Below, piece after piece: positions 37,150 through 42,914 of a stretch of 42,914 bases of DNA; position 1 is the first letter of the stretch, and each line of letters starts with the position of its first letter. The stretch covers positions 1-42,914 of the forward strand of contig JBEPUG010000005.1 in NCBI GenBank assembly GCA_041691695.1. The letters are read 5' to 3'. The stretch comes from Flavobacteriales bacterium (GTDB lineage: Bacteria; Bacteroidota; Bacteroidia; Flavobacteriales_F; PHOS-HE28). The translations under genes were made by a program, and so were the position numbers. The notes under the pieces are model-generated. The model searched no databases. It was not told where the DNA came from and saw nothing but the letters and a program-made list of their open reading frames with translations.

Positions 37150-37446
37150 ATGTTCCGCAGACCATTTTCATTTACGGGCCGAAGCGGGAGGTTTGAGTTT
37201 GCGATTGCCTCTTTGCTCTTTGTGGGCTGTCCAATTTCGATAGACCTTATCTACGCTAGTCTATCTCCACCTTGGTATTGGGGGTTAATAGAGATTCCTC
37301 TTGTTTGGCTGTTCATTGCTCAAGGACTCAAGCGATGCCATGATATAGGAAAGCCTTGGCGGTGGCTAATCCATCCGTTCGGCTTGTTTTGGTTGCTCTT
37401 CACCAAGAGCGAGGCTCAAGCGAACGAATTTGGTCCAGCGCGCTAG
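37150..37446 (+). CDS. DUF805-family membrane protein (98 aa), low GC
   Basis: FSFTGR.GR.EF, KRCHDIG, terminal N.FGP; hydrophobic segments; AT-richer codons. Confidence 0.8.
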   Translation: MFRRPFSFTGRSGRFEFAIASLLFVGCPISIDLIYASLSPPWYWGLIEIPLVWLFIAQGLKRCHDIGKPWRWLIHPFGLFWLLFTKSEAQANEFGPAR

Positions 37447-37456
37447 TTCTGTTCAG

Positions 37457-37498
37457 CAACGCGACAAGAAGAACTACTTCTTGGTGAAGGTGGTCTGA
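37457..37498 (+). pseudogene. Orphan duplicate of the tyrS 3' end (QRDKKNYFLVKVV*)
   Basis: 37466-37498 matches 37114-37146 at 30/33 nt, including a 20-nt identical core TACTTCTTGGTGAAGGTGGT and the stop codon. Confidence 0.8.
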
Positions 37499-37572
37499 TC
37501 TCCTCCTCGGATCCGCGCTGCGCCGCTTGCGTTTAAGGCGTTGCGTTCCCGTTGCGTCGTTGCAGTTGGCTT

Positions 37573-38610
37573 TCACTCCACCAACAAATTGCATCCCCTC
37601 AGGTCGCTGTTGTCGAAGCGCCCCAACACTTCGAAGGATCCATCGGAATGAATGCGCCCGAGGTCTTGCGTGGAGATGAACGGGCAGCTGGCGATGTTGC
37701 ACAGGTCGATCACATCGATGCCGCCGGTGCGCCCCGCCGGAACACGTGAGAAGGGATCATTCACATCCCGCGTCAGTACCCGCATCCATGGCGGACAGCG
37801 ATAGCGCCCTACGCCCTGCGACCACGCTTGTGATAGCAGTTCCGTCATGCCGTACTCGCTGTGGATATGCTCCACGGAGAATGCCTGCTTCAGGATGCGG
37901 TGCAATTCATCGCGCACCATTTCCGGTCGTCGTCCTTTCATCCCGCCGGTCTCCATGATCACCGTATGCTGCAATGGCATCGGATGTTTTTCCGCAAGGT
38001 CAAGCAACGCGAACGGTACGCCCAGAAGCAGGGTTTGCACGCCGTCGTCCTCACTTGAGCGCAGAAGATCAGCCAAGCCGTCGAGGTCGTGCAGCCATGT
38101 GCCGCTTTGGCTGTCGCCGCTGCGGGCGATGAGCTTCTCCGCCATGTAGACCAAGGAACTTCCGGGTCGCTCCAAGTAAGCGGGTAGAAGCGCCAGCACG
38201 CGCCATCGCTCCGGCAGCCCATATTCCGCACTGAAAGAGGTGAGGAATGAGCGCTCGTACAATTCGGGCCATGGCACCTGGTGCGTGCTGGTGACCGGAC
38301 CGGTGGTGCCGCTGCTGGTGAATTGCAAGTGTTTCGTCCCGATCTTCTCGGGAGACGCATCCAGTCCATCCAAGAGCACGCGTCGGTTGCGGAAAAGCCC
38401 TATTGGGAGATAAGGAATGCGTTCCACAGAGGTGATGCTGGCGGGGTCGATCCCCAAGGCTTGCAGGTATTCGCGATATACAGGGTTATGGGCGGCGTGC
38501 AATGCGAACAGTTCCAGTGCCAACTTCGAAAAGGCTTCTGAGCCATCGACTCGGAACGGCTTTTCAAGAAGCGCGGGGGCCACAATGGGGGAGGGCGCTG
38601 CGCCGTTCAT
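37573..38610 (-). CDS. LuxE-like acyl-protein synthetase / acyl transferase
   Basis: N.VY..Y, IPYLPI..F, FTSSGTTG P-loop, SSL.YM, ETGGMKGRR, SEYGMTELLSQA, T.DLG, GRFD.SDLRGC. The first ~170 aa of the 516-aa ORF are antisense to the next gene. Confidence 0.85.
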   Translation of the reverse strand: MNGAAPSPIVAPALLEKPFRVDGSEAFSKLALELFALHAAHNPVYREYLQALGIDPASITSVERIPYLPIGLFRNRRVLLDGLDASPEKIGTKHLQFTSSGTTGPVTSTHQVPWPELYERSFLTSFSAEYGLPERWRVLALLPAYLERPGSSLVYMAEKLIARSGDSQSGTWLHDLDGLADLLRSSEDDGVQTLLLGVPFALLDLAEKHPMPLQHTVIMETGGMKGRRPEMVRDELHRILKQAFSVEHIHSEYGMTELLSQAWSQGVGRYRCPPWMRVLTRDVNDPFSRVPAGRTGGIDVIDLCNIASCPFISTQDLGRIHSDGSFEVLGRFDNSDLRGCNLLVE

Positions 38611-38658
38611 ACTTTTGTGGGAGCGATGAAGAAAGACCGTTCGGCCGTTGCAAAAGTA
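38610..38658. promoter_or_regulatory. Face-to-face pair of TACTTTTG -7 boxes
   Basis: + strand TACTTTTG at 38610-38617 and - strand TACTTTTG (CAAAAGTA) at 38651-38658. Confidence 0.6.
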
Positions 38659-39126
38659 TCCGGGGCGTTGCTGCTCACGGTCGTGGTATTGTCTTCCTGC
38701 CTCAAGACGGAGCAATTCCCCATCGAGCCGCATATCGAGTACAAGTCCTATGTCCAGCGACCGGACTCCTCCGAGCTCACCATCACCTTTACCGATGGCG
38801 ACGGGGACATCGGACTCGGCCAAGGAGATACGCTTGCTCCCTACAATCCCGGAAGTGAGTGGTACCATAATTTCTTCGTGGACTACTACCGCATGGTGGA
38901 TGGCGCATGGGTGATCCAGAACTTCACCCTTCCGCTCTATTATCGCATCCCCGTGATCACGCCGACCGGACAGAACAAGGCGCTGCAAGGCGATATCACG
39001 GTGGAGATCAGTCCGCTGGTCCTTCCGCAAGCCCCCGGCGACACTGTTCGCTTTAGCGTGCGCATCGCGGACCGCGCACTTCATGTCAGCAATACGGTCT
39101 ATACGCCTGCGATAATTGTTCAATAG
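38626..39126 (+). CDS. Hypothetical lipoprotein (166 aa)
   Basis: Basic N-terminus, hydrophobic core, lipobox LSSC; FTDGDGDIG and DRA...SN motifs of a common Bacteroidota lipoprotein type. Confidence 0.8.
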   Translation: MKKDRSAVAKVSGALLLTVVVLSSCLKTEQFPIEPHIEYKSYVQRPDSSELTITFTDGDGDIGLGQGDTLAPYNPGSEWYHNFFVDYYRMVDGAWVIQNFTLPLYYRIPVITPTGQNKALQGDITVEISPLVLPQAPGDTVRFSVRIADRALHVSNTVYTPAIIVQ

Positions 39127-39203
39127 CCTTGTCTGACTTTCGGCACGTCGTGTGCATCGCGGCGCGATCCGCGGGATACTTTCGTGAAAACCATATAATT
39201 CCT

Positions 39204-40826
39204 ATGCGCAATCCAATAGCCCTTTCACTTCTTCTTGCTGCGTCGATCCCATTCTCATCTCGCGCCGCCGATGATGAGAAGCCTGTGGCCAGCACGGTCA
39301 CGGCTGCCAAGGTCTTCTTGAGTGGCGCACAGGTTACGCGCAACGCGAAGGTCACGATAAGCGCTGGTGGCGCCACCTTGATCTTCACCGGCTTGGAGCA
39401 GGACATGGACCCGCAGAGCATCCAGGTGACGGGAAAAGGTGGTTATTCGATCTTGTCCGTGGCGCAACGGATGAACTACCTCACCGAAAGCCCAAATACC
39501 AAGGAGATCACAGACTTGCAAGCGCGGGTCAAGGCGAAGGAGCACGACTACAATACCGAGAATGGCGCCAAAGCGGTGTGGGACCAAGAAGAGCAATTGC
39601 TTCTCAAGAATATCGCGATCGGTGGGCAACAGAGCGGTGTGTCCGCGAGCCAGTTGCAGGCGGTGAATGATTATGTGCGGGACCGGATGAAGGCCATCAA
39701 GGCCGGGCAATTGGCACAGACCGAGAAGCTCGCCACATTGAACGACGACCTCACGAAGCTGCGCCAACAAGTGCAACAGTTGCAGGCCCAAGCACCGCGT
39801 CCCACCAGCGAGGTGGTGCTGGAGATCAGCGCGCCATCTGAGGCGAATGCCACCTTCACGCTCACCTACTTCGTGCCCAGCGCTTCGTGGACGCCAGCCT
39901 ACGACCTGCGCGCCACTGGAACCGATAAGCCCATTGAACTCGCCATGAAGGCGCAGGTGGTGAACAACACGGGTGTGGACTGGAACAAGGTGGCACTTTC
40001 GCTCAGCAGCGGCGATCCCACGTTGGGCGGCATCATGCCTGAGCTCTATCCGTGGACGTTATCCCAGCAATACCCGAATCCTGTCGTTTACGAGAGCATG
40101 GACAAGGCGACTTCCGATGCTCCAATTGCGATACGTGGCTCTCGTTCAGAAAATACCTACAACTACATTGACGGGGTGAAGGTCAATGCCCAAGTGGCGA
40201 ACACCATTTCCCAACACACTACCACCTTGGAGTTCAGCATTGATGCCCCCTTCAGCGTACCTGCCGATGGGTTGGGGCACACGGTCGGTGTGAACACGCA
40301 TATGATCCCTGCCACATACACCTGGTACTGCACACCGAAGCTGGACAAGGACGCATTCCTCTATGCGCGCACCACCGGCTGGGAGGATCTGAACCTGTTA
40401 GCGGGCGAGGCGAACATCTTCTTCGAAGGAACCTATGTCGGGAAGAGCTTCCTGCAACTGGACCAGCCTAAGGACACGCTGGACATCTCGCTGGGTGGCG
40501 ACAAAGGCATAACCGTTGAACGTGTGAAGCGCAAGACCACGAATGACAAAGCGACGATCGGCAGCAAGCGCACAGTGTCAGTAGGTTGGGACATCACCGT
40601 GCGCAACACCAAGGCTGTGCCTGTATCACTGGAACTACGAGACCAATATCCGCTAAGCCCGAAAAGCGAGGTGGAGGTGAAGCTGGGCGATACCGGTGGC
40701 GCGGAGGTGGATGAACAGAAGGGCTTCCTTACTTGGAAGCTCGCCTTGGATCCGAAGGCGACCAAGAAGGCCGGCTTTAGCTACACTGTGAAGTATCCCA
40801 AGGACATGCCGATGGTGGTGGAGTAG
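39204..40826 (+). CDS. DUF4139/DUF4140 domain protein (MuiA-like)
   Basis: Signal peptide; V.VF..GAQV.R, DP.SIQV.G, coiled coil, ASW.P.YDLR, N.TG.DW..V.L.LS.G.P, PKLD..AFL, RDQ.P.S, Y.VKYP. Confidence 0.88.
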   Translation: MRNPIALSLLLAASIPFSSRAADDEKPVASTVTAAKVFLSGAQVTRNAKVTISAGGATLIFTGLEQDMDPQSIQVTGKGGYSILSVAQRMNYLTESPNTKEITDLQARVKAKEHDYNTENGAKAVWDQEEQLLLKNIAIGGQQSGVSASQLQAVNDYVRDRMKAIKAGQLAQTEKLATLNDDLTKLRQQVQQLQAQAPRPTSEVVLEISAPSEANATFTLTYFVPSASWTPAYDLRATGTDKPIELAMKAQVVNNTGVDWNKVALSLSSGDPTLGGIMPELYPWTLSQQYPNPVVYESMDKATSDAPIAIRGSRSENTYNYIDGVKVNAQVANTISQHTTTLEFSIDAPFSVPADGLGHTVGVNTHMIPATYTWYCTPKLDKDAFLYARTTGWEDLNLLAGEANIFFEGTYVGKSFLQLDQPKDTLDISLGGDKGITVERVKRKTTNDKATIGSKRTVSVGWDITVRNTKAVPVSLELRDQYPLSPKSEVEVKLGDTGGAEVDEQKGFLTWKLALDPKATKKAGFSYTVKYPKDMPMVVE

Positions 40827-40890
40827 CCTTGGCAGGGTGAGGATCGCTCGATCCGCGATCGGCACTTCCAGACGGACTCCTTGCCGACGC

Positions 40891-40961
40891 GAGAATGCTG
40901 CTACCTGCCGTGGGATGAATATCCTGTATGTTGATCCCACGACGAAGGCCGCGGCATTCTC
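40891..40961. other. ~70-nt multi-stem hairpin between convergent genes
   Basis: GAGAATGCTGC/GCGGCATTCTC outer stem and CGTGGGAT/ATCCCACG inner stem. Confidence 0.5.
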
Positions 40962-40994
40962 TACCTTAAGACCTGAACACTGAGCCACGCTGGT

Positions 40995-42068
40995 TCAAGC
41001 GATGCCCACGCGATGCAAATAGACCAGGTGTGACCAGAGCGCGCTGCGCAACGTCGGAAATTCCCGATACTGAACATTGAACTCCGCGCAAACTTGTTTC
41101 AGGCGCTTGTTCAATGCGGGGTAATGCACGTGGCTGATCTTGGGGAACAAATGGTGTTCCACTTGAAAATTCAGACCGCCAAAGAGCCAGTTCCACATCT
41201 TGTTGCGCGTAGCGAAATTGGCTGTGGTGGCCACCTGATGGATGGCCCATTCACTCTCGATGTTTCCACCATCCACCTCCGGACGAACGAACTCCGTATG
41301 CTCCACGACATGCGCCAATTGGAACACCACCGCGATGAACACGCCCGTGACGAATACCATCACCCCATAGCCTACCAGCGTGGGAGCCACTCCGGCGAAA
41401 TACATGGGAAGCAATAGGAAGACCGAGACGTAGGTCACTTTCGTCACCCAAAAAATGATGTGCTCCTTCACGTTCATCGGCTTCATCCGTGTGTTGTCGG
41501 CGATCTTGCCGGTGAAGTATTTCTTCAGGTCGTTGTAGGAGATCCAAAAGAGATAGGTGAGCCCATAGAGCAATAGACCGTAGATGTGCTGAAAACGGTG
41601 GAACCAATGCTTGGGCTGGCCTTCATGTACGCGCACCCAAGGCTTGATGTCGATATCGTCGTCCAAGCCTTCCACATTGGTGAAGGTGTGGTGGTTCACA
41701 TTGTGCTTGAGTTTCCAGAAGTGGACGCTGCCGCCCAGAAGATTCAGCGAATGGCCCATCATCTCATTCACCCATTTACGCCGGCTGTAGCTTCCGTGCG
41801 CACCGTCATGCATCACATTGAAGCCAATGCTGGCGACCACCACTCCAAGCACCATGCAAAGCCCTATCGAGATCAGATCGGAGGAAGGGGTGAAGAAGAC
41901 CAGCAGCACATACAGGCCCACCAAGGCCGAGAGCAGGATCGCGGTCTTTCGATAAAGGCGTCCGTCGCCGGTCTTGCGCAGGTTGTTCTCCTTGAAATAC
42001 TCCTCGGTGACCTCGCGCAGGCGTTGAAAGAAAACAGGCGGGGTCTTGGCGAAGGTCGTTTGGGGCAT
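40995..42068 (-). CDS. Membrane fatty-acid (acyl-CoA/acyl-lipid) desaturase
   Basis: His boxes HDGAH, HNVNHH and QVEHH (front-end-type third box); TM segments; TACCTTTG box on the - strand at 42094-42101 supports start MPQTTF. Confidence 0.92.
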   Translation of the reverse strand: MPQTTFAKTPPVFFQRLREVTEEYFKENNLRKTGDGRLYRKTAILLSALVGLYVLLVFFTPSSDLISIGLCMVLGVVVASIGFNVMHDGAHGSYSRRKWVNEMMGHSLNLLGGSVHFWKLKHNVNHHTFTNVEGLDDDIDIKPWVRVHEGQPKHWFHRFQHIYGLLLYGLTYLFWISYNDLKKYFTGKIADNTRMKPMNVKEHIIFWVTKVTYVSVFLLLPMYFAGVAPTLVGYGVMVFVTGVFIAVVFQLAHVVEHTEFVRPEVDGGNIESEWAIHQVATTANFATRNKMWNWLFGGLNFQVEHHLFPKISHVHYPALNKRLKQVCAEFNVQYREFPTLRSALWSHLVYLHRVGIA

Positions 42069-42225
42069 GGAGAGTTGCGGTCTGAAAAGCGTGCAAAGGT
42101 AAGGTCGATGCAAGAGGTGACCTCTGATGGTTGTCAACCGCCTGGTGCTTCTTTGACTTCCCTATGTACCAGCCACTTGTGTTTTCCGTAGCGCTGTCCT
42201 TGATACTGGAAAATTTCCGGGACGC

Positions 42226-42255
42226 TTGCAAATACGCTGGATCCGCCTAATTTCG
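42226..42255 (+). promoter_or_regulatory. Bacteroidota promoter TTG-N19-TAATTTCG for the RRM gene
   Basis: TTG at 42226-42228, 19-nt spacer, TAATTTCG at 42248-42255. Confidence 0.6.
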
Positions 42256-42340
42256 CCCCGCTTTGGGCCATTGTTTCTTTGGCGAGAACCGGTGGACCGC
42301 GCGCACAAACCTCAAAACACTCACTCAGTCAGTCGAACTC

Positions 42341-42778
42341 ATGAACATTTACGTCGCCAACATTGCGTACTCCGCACAGGACCAGGATCTCCGCGAGCTT
42401 TTTGAAGCTTTCGGCGAGGTGACCTCGGCCAAGATCATCATGGACAAGGCCACTAACCGCAGCCGTGGCTTCGGTTTCGTGGAAATGGCCGACGACGATA
42501 GCGGCCGTGCCGGTATCGAAGGTACCAACGGTAAAGGCTTTCACGGCCGTGACCTCGTTGTGAACGAAGCACGTCCCCGTACTGAAGGTGCAGGCGGCGG
42601 TGGAGACCGTGGCGGATACCGCGGTGGCAACGGCGGTGGTAGCGGCGGCGGTGGTGGATACCGCGGTGGCAACAGCGGCGGTGGCGGCGGTGGAGACCGT
42701 GGCGGCTATCGCGGCGGCAGCGGCGGTGGCGGCAATGACCGTGGAGACCGTGGCGGATATCGCCGCGACGAGTACTAA
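42341..42778 (+). CDS. RRM RNA-binding protein with a Gly-rich RGG/GGYR tail
   Basis: RNP2 IYVANI, RNP1 RGFGFVEM, VNEARPR; low-complexity tail. Confidence 0.95.
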   Translation: MNIYVANIAYSAQDQDLRELFEAFGEVTSAKIIMDKATNRSRGFGFVEMADDDSGRAGIEGTNGKGFHGRDLVVNEARPRTEGAGGGGDRGGYRGGNGGGSGGGGGYRGGNSGGGGGGDRGGYRGGSGGGGNDRGDRGGYRRDEY

Positions 42779-42800
42779 GCACAGCAACTTCTTCGCATCG

Positions 42801-42830
42801 AAAGCCCTCCGGGAGACCGGGGGGCTTTTT
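42801..42830 (+). terminator. Intrinsic terminator
   Basis: AAAGCCCTCCGG-GAGA-CCGGGGGGCTTTTT, a GNRA-capped stem followed by a U-tract. Confidence 0.88.
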
Positions 42831-42914
42831 CGTGGGCGACGGTGAAGGAAGACCGGCTGTTAAGGATCCCAAATTCCGATCTGAATATGCAGGTATTGGC
42901 TCCTCTGTATAGCC

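Noticed and set aside
37114-37498. tyrS direct repeat as attL/attR of a prophage or ICE
   Set aside because: Only 352 nt apart with no integrase or phage genes; kept instead as a cassette-swap or remnant hypothesis.

Overview
GC-rich (roughly 55-60% by eye) Bacteroidota chromosome segment, most likely Flavobacteriales-like. The evidence is TAnnTTTG-type -7 promoter boxes, few Shine-Dalgarno sites, type IX secretion (T9SS) genes and D-(S/T)-X glycosylation sequons. About 27 CDSs, mostly core or envelope genes: DUF5686-type outer-membrane barrel, MMPL/RND transporter-rfbA-polyprenyl synthase operon, TIGR01777 epimerase, two secreted hypotheticals, sucA-sucB, SAM methyltransferase with a palindromic operator, mscS, GT2-pyrC-DUF4296, SDR epimerase, tyrS, DUF805, LuxE-like protein, a lipoprotein, DUF4139, fatty-acid desaturase and an RRM/RGG RNA-binding protein. 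The centrepiece is a T9SS locus: a ~3,430-aa type-B-CTD adhesin with 33 tandem ~88-aa repeats, followed by PorP/SprF and a PorE-like OmpA protein. No rRNA, tRNA, CRISPR, integrase or transposase was recognised. The most unusual observations: (1) the last ~11 codons of tyrS are duplicated 352 nt downstream, flanking a low-GC DUF805 gene, and the expressed tyrS C-terminus is itself compositionally atypical, suggesting 3'-end cassette swapping of an essential gene; (2) the adhesin is polarised, with O-glycosylation sequons and acidity confined to the CTD-proximal repeats and a cysteine pattern that suggests inter-domain disulfide staples; (3) a ~165-nt MITE-like hairpin sits right against a start codon. 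Family names come from recognising motifs, not from database searches.
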